Source of the DNA: Epiperipatus broadwayi
Lineage: Eukaryota > Animalia > Onychophora
Length of the DNA: 64,000 nucleotides
Assembly: GCA_028023455.1 (NCBI GenBank)
Contig: JAQFVV010000007.1
Coordinates: 17,422,001-17,486,000 of the forward strand
Reading direction: 5' to 3'
Positions 1-11,605 of the stretch are shown in pieces. The number at the start of each line of letters is the position of its first letter. The first letter of the stretch is position 1. Below the pieces are notes generated by a model, which was not told the DNA's origin, searched no databases, and was given only the letters and a program-made list of their open reading frames with translations. The position numbers were made by a program, and so were the translations under genes.

Positions 1-3000
1 AATTTAGTTAAATTATAGTAATTTACTATCTACATATATAGTGAACAAATGAAGTTATGTATTAGAGATTGCAGTCTTGTTCAGCATCAGATGTCCATCT
101 TGGGTATCATTTCTCTTTTTCACATGTCTTTGATCATATGTTTCAATGATGTGTGATGGAATAGAAGTTGATATATATATATATGAAGTTAAATTATAAC
201 GTACTATATGGATTAATTGAAAAATTATGTTTCTAATATATCTATAGTATGAGATGTTGGTCTGACTTTTGGGTTGATGGATAATTGTGATAGGACTGAG
301 CTGAGGGTGATTATGCACTGATAAAAGCAAAGAACTGGTTTATATATGCACTCTCTCCCAGTTAAAAATCATTTTATTTTTAATAATTTATCTTCAAGGT
401 ATGGCATTTAAAAAAATAAAACATTCTAAATAACTTTAAAGAAAAAGTAATACATAAATTTATAGCTTAAATGCTTAACCTATGAAGATCATATTTCTGA
501 ATTAGACTCGTTGATATTTACTTGTTTGTGTCATTTTTAGAATAAGTATTTCATTTTTTATACCACAATTCTTCAGTTATAAATTTTTTGTTTTGTGATT
601 ATGAAAAAATGAATATATTTTATTCAAACATTTGTGGTCTTTACAGTAATAATGGAAGTTCATTTATCTAAAATGTATATAGGTAAAAATATTTAACGAT
701 TGTCTCATAACCGAGTTGCTACTAGTTTGAAATAATTTTTTTTTTTTTTGTGAATTTGATTTACCAGTACACATATGAAAATAAAACAAATAGTAAAATC
801 AAGCATAAAAGTCGTACTTTTATGCTTCTTTGTGTTCTTTTTAATATTAACTTTTATTTTTAATAAAGTATTATATTTGTATTTTACATTTTTATAATTT
901 GCAATGCTTTTTATTTTTACCATTATTTTTTACAAATTTTAATCATCCTGTAGTCTTCATCAAATTTTTGAGCTCTCCATTCCTGTTAATCCTATCGCAG
1001 ATGATTAAACATGGCTATGTTAAGGCTTAAAATGTATGTTTTAATTTATTGCATATGTAGCTTTCAGTTTGAATAGAATTTGTAGCAAAATTTAATTGTT
1101 TTTTTAATCATAATTATTATTATTTTTTTTTTCAAATTTTAAGACAATTATATGTTGAAAAAAAATACATGTAAACCTTTCTGAATATTGTATCAAATAT
1201 TTGCTCTGTTTTGCCCTGTGGAGTTTTTTAATTTTTTTAAAGAAAAACATTAATAATTACGGAAATAAATTTTATATTATTAATGAAAATACTATTGAAA
1301 TAGAATTATGTTTAAAATGATCAATTAAATGCTCTCAAGGTACATAAAAATGTATTTTTTGTCTTGATGAACAAATCTTAAAAATTTCTACTGCATTGGT
1401 GCTGTTCTATTTTCTGATTAGTTGTGGCAGCTAGGTATAAAAATTAAAAGTAATTTATAGCTTTATTCTTGTTAAAAATCAACTATCGAACAAGACAAAA
1501 CTGGATCTTATTATTGATATAAAAGTAAAATCAGTCTGGATCAGAACCATTGTAATCAAAATAATACTGGTAGCACCCACTGCAGTCCAGGAATGAAATG
1601 GATTTGGAAAATATTGAAAGACTTTAAAACTGTTGAAGACTGCTATTCAGTCGAAACTGTAATAACAGTTTTAATAATGAAAGATAATAAATTTGAAATC
1701 CAAAATAGCAGTAGTAGTACAATATTCATTAATGTTTATATTACAATTCATTGAAAGTGCCTATAGATAATTCATGATGTTGAGGAAGGTGTTGCTTTAT
1801 TAAAATTAAAAGATATATAATTTATTGTCGCTATTATAAGAATTTATAAATCATAAATAATATTTATAAGTTTTTGAACATATATTTTTAGAACTTTTAT
1901 AATTTTGTTTATATTAACATAATTATTCTTCTATTTAGTTAAAACCATTATTTATATATTATAATAAAATGAAAGAAAAAATTATATCATTTATATATTG
2001 TTATTTTTTTATTATAAACAAATAATTTATATAGCAACAATTTTATATATTGAAACAGACACGTTATTTCATGTATATATAGAAGTCCTACCTCCCCATT
2101 TTAAAACAGTTCCAAATGTTACCGATATATTTTTTTGTTTTACTGGAGCTGAATGTTTTCAAATTACAGTACCAAACAAGTCAACATGTTTTTGAAAAAC
2201 ATGTTGGTCAGCATGAGATAAAAAAGATGATAAAAAAATCATGGGAAGTTGGAGTATATAAAGTGAGAAATTGATCAATTCCAGGAGTTGCAATTGATTG
2301 ATTGTAACAGTTGCTTTGCAGTAAATAGCAGTTCAGTATTTAGTCAGTCTACAGTGAAGAGTTTAAATAATTGGACCAACTAAGTTTGGAGCCACTATGG
2401 CCAGTAATGAAAGAAGTGCTGCAGTTAAAGTTACCATAAAACTATAATACGAAGAAACAGCTTATTTATATGGTAAACGCTAAAATATCTGGTTATTAAG
2501 GAATAGCTCTCTCTTCTTCCCACACCATGGAAGAGAATGTGAAGATGAAGAAATATGCCTAAGTGACCATATGTAAACCATTCAGCTCTAAAGACCAGTC
2601 CCCCTTTTAATGTGAAGATTGTACCATTCAGCTCTAAGACAAATCACATTTTAATGTGAAGATTTACCAGCAATGAATCACCAACAGATAAATTTAAAAA
2701 TAAGAAAACTCTAGATAACATTTGAGCTATTTAAAGTTATTTATGAAAATGCTGTAATAAAAGCATTTCGGAAAAGATAAAATGAAACATGGTTATTTAA
2801 AATCATTAATTCAACAAAATGATAAAATGTTATATACTGAAATAATTTTTTTATAGAATAATATAATTGCCATTATTGTTATTAAAAAAAAAAAAAAGTA
2901 AATTGAAATAAGTTGACAGAAATGGGAAACGCAATGATGATTTCACTGATTTTCTTTCTTTTTTTTTTTTTTTAAAGTGATAAAACTTATAATAAATTGA

Positions 3001-3177
3001 TTCAAAGTTAAGCTCTACAATAAAGAGTATAAAGAAATATATTTCAAATTGCTAATTTTAAACTTGTTAAACAGAATATGGAAATTATAATATAAGAATT
3101 TATTTAGGATGGACATACCCCAATATGTGTGCACTCCGTAAATGCACTATGTTTAACCAAGAAAGAGTTACTATTTT

Positions 3178-3400
3178 ATATACATGAATTAAACATGCAT
3201 CTATATACATGAATTAAATATGTATCTACATACAGGAATTAAATATGCATCTGTGTATATGAATTAAATATGTGTCTATACACATGAATTAAATATGGGT
3301 TTACATACAGGAATTAAATATGAACTATGTACATGAATTAAATGTGTCTATATACATGAGTTAAATATGCATTTATATACAGGAATTAAATATGTGAATA
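3178..3400. repeat. ~24-bp minisatellite (tatacatgaattaaatatgcatct-like), about 9 copies
   Basis: Recurrent ca(t/g)gaattaaatatg at ~24 bp spacing. Confidence 0.9.
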
Positions 3401-3469
3401 TATTCGAATGTAATTATTGGCTAGTGAATGATTGCATGAAAAGGATTAATCCAAATATAAATCAAACTT

Positions 3470-3770
3470 ACCTAAGAGTATATTGCAATAGGGAATTAAA
3501 GCGCATATGAGGAGAATATAAACTCACAGAAGAAGAATTTAAACTTGAGAAATGATAAGGGAGATATCTGGGATGTACACATAGATATTAAAAAAAATCT
3601 TTTTTTTATGATTGGGGAGAACAGGATTATGGAATATAAATGATGGACACTCTATGATCATCAATGATGGGACCAAGCATCAGAGAAGTTACCAATGAAA
3701 TGGACTAATTGATCTATGGAACCTGAACTGCAATGAACTATTAGAAGGAGTGTGTATCCAAATACTGTTA
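3470..3770 (+). mobile_element. Highly decayed non-LTR retrotransposon 3' fragment (RTE-like)
   Basis: Purine-rich degenerate coding sequence resembling the LINE ORF2 C-terminus, with many stops; recognition is weak. Confidence 0.3.
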
Positions 3771-4129
3771 GTTAAATAAATTGTTACATAAAACTAATAT
3801 ATTTTGTCAGTTTTATTTCGCATCATTCATCAATCAGTGTACTTGTTCACAGGAATCTCATGTTTCCTGAGCTATGTTTGGCATAACTTGATCTGGGTGA
3901 ATAAGGTTATAGTGAGCTGGAATTCTAGTGGCTCTATTTGGAAAATCAAACAAATGAATTTCTAGCTGTTGTCAATCTCTTTAACGCTACATCCTGTGAT
4001 GATCAGGAAATATTATTGTAGAAAGGGGGGTGGCATTAGCCTTGAGTAATGTCAATCATTCTTTCCTTCCTGAAATGTGCTCATCAGGAAATAAATGACC
4101 ACCAGAGTAGGTAGGGTCCCAATCCTGTT

Positions 4130-6120
4130 ACATTTGTCACCCTAATCACGAGGCCTGATCTAGCTAACCTGCCCATAGGCATAAAAAGCTAGAAGAAAAA
4201 AAGAAACAAGGAAATATGGAAGGCAGAAGCAAATTATGATTCTGTAAGTTGTGAACAGTCCACAAAAATATAGGGATGTGAAATGGAATGAATAAGGGGA
4301 AATTGAGAGAGCTAAATAAAATGAATGATATGCAAGAATAATATAGGCATAATAGAGAAGTTGGAGCAAATTATGGTGTGGAGGGAAGCTTACTAAAGTT
4401 AAATAAATAAAAGAAGTCAATAAAATTGTCAAAGAATCAATATCAAAAGAACAAAATAAATTGCAAGTTAATAAAATATAGATGATAACTAGAACAAGGA
4501 CAAAAATGATGAACACAGAAGCCAATAAAGAATCTTCCTAGCAAAGGACAAAAGCAAGAAGGAAGTGACCCTAAAGAAGATGATCAGCAACAAATAGAAG
4601 GAACCCAGAAAGTAGGGGATGTGTCCATGTTAATCCAGCTACTAGAAATGTTTAAAGCTGAAAATAAAAAGAGAGACCAACAAAGAGAAGACAATAAGAA
4701 ACAAAGAGAAGAGGATAATTAAAAGAGAGACCAACAAAAAGAAGAGGATAACAAAAAAAGAGATCAACAAAGAGAAGATGATAAAAAAGCAAATCAAAGT
4801 CAAAATGAAAAAATTAACCAAATAATTAATCAGGTTACTGACAAAATATTGAGAGTTAAAGAAGAGGTCATGGAAAAAGTCAAAGAGTCTCTGAATAAAA
4901 AAGAAGTCAAGGTAGCACAAATTTGTGATGGCATGGATATGAAAATTGTGGAGTCCATGCAGAAGCAAGTGGATAGCTTGACTCCCCAAGTAAAAGAACT
5001 GCAAGTAAAAAGCAGCTGTATGCTGCCAGAGCAACATACGCCTGACAAGGGACAAGCAAATGAAGGGACAGAAACAGTTACAAAATAAAATTTAGAAGAA
5101 ACTTCCACAAAATTATTCAAGAAGTGCCAATAACCAACTACATATTAGGGGTTGTAAAACAGTTCCTTAAAATATGGACATTTGCAGGAGGCTCTAATAA
5201 AGCACCTATTGAATACCTGAAAAGCTTGGAGAGGTACTTCAGCATTAAAGCCATGACCAAAAAAGCGAAACTGGCAATAGCTTGCAGTCATTTACAGGGT
5301 GCAGCTCAAGCATGGTGGGAGTCGCTATTTAGACCAACAATTTCAATGATTTTAAAAAGGCACTCCTGAACTGCTATTGGAGTGATGAGTACTAGCAGGG
5401 CATCAAATATAAAGTATCACAGGAAAAATGCCCACTTGGTGAACAATGTATCCCCTTCTGAAAACAAGTGGCCAAGTTAAGGACCCTGACAGCAGATCCA
5501 CTAATGGAACTCCAAATCATCTGGTTGATTTGACACAGTTTTCCCATCTACATTGAGAGGAGCTTATTGGGACGAATCGTCTACCCATTGAGCAGGTGGC
5601 TGAGTTGTTAACGGCATATGACAATTGCGGTACCACTGCAACAAATAAAGGAGAGTCCAAGCCGCCAAATAAAGCCCCATATAGGAGAGATGCTGGACCA
5701 AATGATAAGTGCTCTCAGGTATAAAAGGAAGATACTTCCATGATGCTACAGTAACCATGACAAACCATCATGGTATCACAACAGAAGAAATGAAGTGCTA
5801 TCATGGAAGAGGAGAAATTCAACAGGCAGCATAAATTGTCCTACCAGAACCTGAATGGTGGGAAGATCTGGAAGTGATCCAACATTATCCAAGGAAATAT
5901 GCATCAGGAATATGGTTCTTCATCCCACGATAGAACACAAATAATTGGGCAGACCAGGAATATATCACTTCACAACATAGAGAGTTATTATCGGAGAACT
6001 GATCATGATCCCCAGTCCCAAAGCAGTATGCAGTTATACTTCTGACCAAGAAAACGAAAAAAAGCAAGGCAATGAAACAAACCGAGGAAAGAAGATACTT
6101 AGAAGAAATTGGGAAGGGTA
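4130..6120 (+). mobile_element. Ty3/Gypsy gag remnant (coiled-coil KKRDQQREED repeats plus retrotransposon capsid domain), frameshifted
   Basis: ORFs 4849-5088 and 5124-5369 (IWTFAGGSNKAPIEYLKSLERYF...LQGAAQAWWES) match the Ty3/Gypsy capsid pattern; tandem charged repeats at 4665-4790; preceded by ...GTTACA at 4127-4132, a possible LTR end. Confidence 0.75.
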
Positions 6121-7780
6121 AATATTAGGAAGCATTATAGCTTTGCCTTCAGTGCTGATGGTGGATGGTGATATTCTTATAGGCATAGGGATGCAGTATA
6201 TTCATGATGCTCCAATGTTTTATCTTTGCACTGCTCCTACCTAAGGTTTAAACTTCTTTTGAATAAGCCCCTCAGAGGAGCTGGGCTTTTTATCAGCAGA
6301 ATACTGAATTGTCTACCAGGCACAGAATCGTGTCATGGATGTGGAACCTATAAGACTCTAAAGGAAATGAGCAAGATATTCCACATGGACAAATATTCCT
6401 TTGATCATTTTTTTCTCTCTTTGTGCCCTCTGGTAGTAAGTTGTGTTTGTGCTTAAACTGAAATAGCTTTTATGGTGCTCATGTTGCATAGTAAATTTGT
6501 GTTCTGTGATGAGGTTTTCTGTCCTTCATGATGCTGGAGGCAGGCAGACAAATATTAGACTAATAGTTACGCCATCTTCAAAAAAAAAAAAAACAATATA
6601 TCAGTAATCAAATAACCAAGCGGATATACTATCATTAGTGGTGAATTGTATAGTTGTGGAATGAAATTGTGTGTTTTGAGGCAATTTCATCCCATAAATT
6701 AGCAGGGGTAATGAAACAGACATGTTGTTTAATGTATCATGTATATACAGAAGTCTCCCCCTCCCCCCATTTTAAAACTGTTTCAAATTAAAATGCTACC
6801 AATATAATATTTTTTTGTTTTTTGGAGCTGAATGTTTTCAAATTACAGTACCAAAAACGCTGTAAATGATAGCGTCACTTTCTTGCCTTAGTTTTAGTAA
6901 TCAATAATTGTCACATGGAAGTACTTAATAGGACTGCACTGGACAATAATTTATTAAATATTGCCATCTGGTATCTATTGATTACTAAAATTTACACCAG
7001 ATGGCATAAAAACAGTGAGAATAAAAGAATTTGCTAAAGAAGTAGGCTAATAAGATTAATATTTAAAGGATTTCTGCTTTGGTGATTAAACGAAAATTGT
7101 GCAATCAGTATTTTTTCTTGATTTTTTTTCTTCTACTTGTGAAACATTAGTCGTGAATTAAAAAATAACAATAAGTCTGCAAATAATGTATGAAAGTGAT
7201 AGGGAGAAAAAATGAATACATTTTAACCTCAAAATAGCATTTTTTTGATGTTGTTGTTATTGTAAATATTTGACTAATTAATAAAAAAAGAGAATAATCA
7301 AGAGGTTAGGACATATTGATTAATTATCAAGAGATATGCACCTTCTGAAAACATTTAATCAGATAAGATAACGGAATCTAGGTTTCTGGATCTTCATGGT
7401 AGGCATATGCTAGATCTATCAGGGAAGACTTTTGTATTGATCTGCAATGGACTGCTGATGATGAAACATACAGATTGGTAATATGCATAAATTATTTAGC
7501 ATTATTAAGTGGATCTTAGTTAAAAGATTAGTAATATCAATAAAATTTTTACTATAGATGTCTAGTAGAATGTTCAAAATATTGAAGAAAATCAAAATCA
7601 TTGATCAACAAATGAACTGTTTTTTTATTATTTCTTAACATTTCATTTACCTCAGATATTGTAGATAGAAGGAAATATGTATTCACTTGTAGATTCTAAT
7701 TAAGAAAGATATTTGGAGAACAATAGAATAAATGTGATTATTTAATATTAACTGGCAATAATTAATATTTTATTTTTCAG

Positions 7781-8040
7781 TTTGAAAAAATCCCTATTGA
7801 TCAGCCCTGCCGAAAATCAGCACTGCCACATGATTCCAGTATGCCTGGACTGCTTCGTATGTTTCCATATGAAGAGAGTGCAGTAGTCACCAAAGTTAGC
7901 AGCCCAGATAGCAAATCTGCAGTTTTACCCAGCACACTGAATTATAATAGCTTTAATAATAGTAAAAAAGCCAAAATTAGCTTATGGCCCCATCCTGTGA
8001 CGAAGGCTCCTTTACAACAGGCAGAAAAAAATCAAATGAG
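7781..8040 (+). CDS. Internal coding exon A of a large multi-exon gene (Ser/Pro-rich; FEKIPIDQPCRK...DSKSAVLPSTLNYNSF...AEKNQM)
   Basis: Polypyrimidine acceptor tatttttcag|7781; open frame in phase 0; donor GAG|gtaact at 8041; 260 bp ends in phase 2, which matches exon B. Confidence 0.75.
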
Positions 8041-8798
8041 GTAACTTGTTATTTTTATATTTTCATCTTTATTCACTATGTTTCGAAGAATCATTGTTTT
8101 TAAATCAAGTTAATTAGTCTCTGTTTCATTCTTAGCCTTAACCAGTGTTTGAAATTTCTATCTATCTAAACTTTATTTTAATTCATTGTGCCTTATTGAA
8201 TTTTTATGCATTTGTGATATACATGGTGTATCGCAGTAAAAGAATAATTGGGTTTCTCTCCAAACTTTTTACAGTGACATTTGCAAATCAATGTTATGAG
8301 TTGCTTGTCAACATAGGTTAACTATTCACCATCACAAAAATTACGAGTATGACATGAAATATGACACTGTATTTTGTATCATTGTAGATCATCTTCAATG
8401 CTATCCCTGCCATCATGAAGTCTTGCAAACTATGTGAAAACGTTTTTCCGACTTATGGCTTCATTTCCATACGCAGTGTGAATCATTTCAAATATTTCCA
8501 GTTATAACAAAATTTAATGTTACACTATTACATCATGGATTAAGAAACAAAACACTTCGTATTTTATGTCATTACTCTTAATCAAGATACGCAGCACCTC
8601 AAAATTTTTGTAGTGAATAGCTAAAATGTTGCTATATAACGTGCCACAATCAGTTTGGAGAGAAGACCAGTCATATTTTCCTGCAATGATAAAAAAAATC
8701 AAGTCAGATGTCACGTGACCTAATTTTAATAAACATTGTATTTACAAATGTTATATATAGAGTCTGCAAAACAAGCTCTTAACAAGCTTTGAGAATAT

Positions 8799-8842
8799 CC
8801 TCAACCCCAGACTGGTTTCTGCATCCAGCGTCGTCAGTGAGG
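8799..8842 (-). ncRNA. Type I hammerhead ribozyme motif, family 1, inverted copy (stem III palindrome mutated, ACCAGT)
   Basis: Minus strand reads CCTCA-CTGACGA-CGCTGGATGCA-GAAA-CCAG-TC-TGGGGTTGAGG. Confidence 0.7.
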
Positions 8843-8931
8843 TGCCAGGATAATCATTAGATTAAAAATACTTGTATTATCAAAGCTTGTTAAGAGCTTC
8901 AAATATTTTTAATCTAATGAATATCCTGGTA

Positions 8932-8975
8932 CCTCACTGACGACGCTAGATGCAGAAACCGGTCTGGGGTTGAGG
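8932..8975 (+). ncRNA. Type I hammerhead ribozyme motif, family 1, best-preserved copy
   Basis: CCTCA-CTGACGA-CGCTAGATGCA-GAAA-CCGG-TC/TGGGG. Stem I is CCTCA:TGGGG; distal stem ATATCCT:AGGATAT; palindromic ACCGGT stem III; predicted cleavage after C8964. Confidence 0.85.
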
Positions 8976-9304
8976 ATATTCTCAAAGTTTGTTAAGAACT
9001 TGTTTTGCAGACTATATATAACATTTGTAAATACAAGCTTTATTAAAATTAGGTCATGTAACATCTGACTTTGATTTTTTTTTATCATTATATTTTTTTA
9101 AGGTTTTGACGATTTTATATTGCTAAAGCTATTAATATATGGTGTATCTGAACTTAATTCAGTCCCATATGGCTATTTGAGTTAGATAGCTGGATTTTTA
9201 GACATATGGATCTCTGAAAATTTCAGATTTTCTTCTCAATAGTTATACATTAGATAAAGTGCTGGGCTTGTCCTAGTATTTTTAATCTAATGAATATCCT
9301 GGCA

Positions 9305-9348
9305 CCTCACTGACAACGCTAGATGCAGAAACCGGTCTGGGGTTGAGG
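9305..9348 (+). ncRNA. Type I hammerhead motif, family 1, with core mutation (CTGACAA, G8A; probably inactive)
   Basis: Identical to 8932-8975 except for the core G8>A change. Confidence 0.7.
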
Positions 9349-9650
9349 ATATTCTCAAAGCTTGTTAAGAGCTTGTTTTGCAGGCTCTATATATAACATT
9401 TGTAAATATGAGCTTTATTAAAATTAGGTTATATATCTGACTTGATTTTTTATCATTTTATTTTTTGCTATCAAGGCATTGGCGATTTTATATTGCTAAA
9501 GCTATTAATATATGGTGTATATGGCTGAGTTAGGTAGTTGGATTTTTAGACATGGATGTCTGAAAATTTCAGATTTTCTTCTCAATAGTTATACATTAGA
9601 TAAAGCGCTGGGCTTGTCCTAGTATTTTTAATCTAATGAATATCCTGGCA

Positions 9651-9694
9651 CCTCACTGACGACGCTAGATGCAGAAACCGGTCTGGAGTTGAAG
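9651..9694 (+). ncRNA. Type I hammerhead motif, family 1, intact core with stem I mismatches
   Basis: CCTCA-CTGACGA-CGCTAGATGCA-GAAA-CCGG-TC-TGGAGTTGAAG. Confidence 0.8.
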
Positions 9695-9761
9695 ATATTC
9701 TCAAAGCTTGGTAAGAGCTTGTTTTGCAGGCTCTATATATAACATTTCATTGCAATATATT

Positions 9762-9929
9762 GTAATATTTATTAAGGCTATAACCTTAAGACTATACGCC
9801 TGAAAAAACGTCAGTAGGGATCTCTGCAAATCTTTAACACAATAAATCATGTTTTAAAGATTTGCAGAGGTCCCTACTGTCGTTTTTTCAGGTGCATAGT
9901 CTTAAGATTATAGCCGTAATAAATATTAC
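9762..9929. repeat. Fold-back palindromic element (MITE-like), ~75 bp arms
   Basis: 9762-9837 pairs with 9854-9929; 16-nt loop. Confidence 0.85.
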
Positions 9930-10700
9930 TTTACATAAGGAGTATGCGCTTTATAAATTTAATTATTGCAATATATTCTGTAATTTTCACATGATGCAAA
10001 AATAAAATATATGTTGCTATAAAATTAACGTACCACCAATGGCAATAAAATTGAGAAAATATAATCGTTATCCTAAAATAAAAAATAAAAAAAAAAGAAT
10101 TGTTTTTAAAATTCTTAATTTTATATGTATTCATAAATTATCAAAGACTGGGATAACGCAGTCACTGAAATATAATAAGTTAAAGGTACTCTGCAACCAA
10201 AAACACTATTGCAAACATTAAATATAAACTTTAATTTACATTTTCAATGCTGTGCACCCTTATCAAAAAGCAACTATTATATTCAAAGAAAAAAACAGAA
10301 ACAAGATTATATGTTTAAGTATTCATGTTTCAAAATACACCAAAATCTATTAGATTTTTTGTTTATTGCTGTACATAATAACAGAAAGTGTAAAAATAAA
10401 AAGGTGTTGTTAATAATGTAGACAGAGAAAATCTAACAATTCAGTTGAAGGCATTTTGGGATATATACCGTTAAATGTATAATTTTATATTTTCCGATTT
10501 TATTACAAATTTAACAATTGCTTTTTGGTAAGAATGTTTAGCATCAAAATGCATTAAAAATTACAATGTTTTTAATATTTTATTCATATAAGAGGCAGTA
10601 TTAACATTCATAAAGTATGGTTTTATGGATAAGTCTCAGATAGATATTTTAATAACAGGTTTAGTATAACATTTTTCATAAAATTACAGTTTAAAAACAC

Positions 10701-10870
10701 GCAAAACTCTCTATACGTATTGCCACTCAATGCAAGCCAGAGTAACCAGTGGGTGCCAGAAGGCTTGTGCATAAAATCCCTATCTAGTGCCTACTCATCC
10801 AATATCCCCAGACTAGTTTCTGGCTTGTGGCCTTCGTCAATGAGGAGCATAAGAAATGGTGATCATGTTA
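10701..10870 (-). mobile_element. HHR-bearing repeat family 2 copy; hammerhead motif at 10806-10845 on the minus strand
   Basis: Minus strand reads CCTCA-TTGACGA-AGGCCACAAGCCA-GAAA-CTAG-TC-TGGGG; flanks match the other family 2 copies. Confidence 0.8.
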
Positions 10871-11067
10871 ATTGCCATTAAAATGATATATAAAAAGATT
10901 ATCGTTTGTAGCTCATTCTGCTAATATTAAAAAATAAAAATATATACATTTTCTTTCCTCTGTAAGACTTGTCAATACAGAAAGATATGTGAAGAGTATC
11001 ATTTTTTCCTAACAAAATAAATAAATATTATATAATGCCGTTATTTAGTCTCATTTAAACTATTAAA

Positions 11068-11395
11068 TATCACATGATCACCATTCTTCATGCTTACACA
11101 AGCTGTTTACACAGAGGCAAAACTCTCCATACAGTAGTGCCACTCGGTGCAAGTCAGACTAATCAATGGATGCAGGAAGGTTTTGGACTAAAAGCTTTAT
11201 AGTTAGCTAATAAGATAAAAGATGGCTGCTAGAGAGTTGCATTAGATCCTAAGATCTAGGTGCAGTGCTTTCGAATTCAAGGTTCCTCACTGATGAAAAC
11301 CACAAACTGATAGGGATTTTATGGTCAAACATTAAGCATCCATTGTTTACTTTGGCTTGCACTGAGTTTGTGCTACTGTATGAAGAGTTTTGCCA
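11068..11395. mobile_element. Family 2 copy, internally deleted fold-back; truncated HHR core at about 11285-11310
   Basis: gcaaaactctccatacagtagtgc at left and its reverse complement at right; cctcactgatga is present but GAAA is lost. Confidence 0.75.
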
Positions 11396-11605
11396 CTGTC
11401 TAATTTATTCTCAAATGTTTATTAGAAATAACAATTTTAAATCATAATTTGAAAGTGCATATATATATATTGGGTTAAATCTTTTATTATTTTGTATTAA
11501 TTCCTTTTATCAAAACATGTAGAATTAATACAAAACAATACATGGTTTAAGCCAAAAAATACTTTATGTATATTATATAACTGTGAAAACATTAAATATA
11601 ATATA

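Larger units (their letters stand above)
8685..9747. mobile_element. Penelope-like pLTR / retrozyme-type array (family 1): one inverted unit followed by three direct ~350-370 bp units, each with a hammerhead motif
   Basis: 8685-8872 is the reverse complement of 8904-9089. Direct units have HHR stems starting at 8932, 9305 and 9651 (spacing 373 and 346 bp). Confidence 0.85.

Noticed and set aside
1001-1043. Upstream coding exon (cgcag|ATG...gtatgt)
   Set aside because: All three frames contain stops; at most a UTR exon and unsupported.
55-2195. Short ORFs at 55-330, 705-923 and 1998-2195, and most other 60-120 aa AT-rich ORFs in the track
   Set aside because: Composition is dominated by I/F/L/K/N/Y as expected for random AT-rich DNA, with no motifs or splice support.
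3178-3400. 24-bp repeats as a CRISPR array
   Set aside because: Units are contiguous with no unique spacers, and the context is eukaryotic; this is a minisatellite.
4160-5120. Hydrophobic minus-strand ORFs (121, 137, 96 aa) as membrane proteins
   Set aside because: Antisense shadows of the A-rich gag strand.
2051-6855. ~130 bp direct repeats (2051-2176, 6712-6855) as LTRs around the gag remnant
   Set aside because: No PBS or PPT next to them, and the interior is a mosaic of LINE relics, minisatellite and gag; more likely a dispersed repeat.
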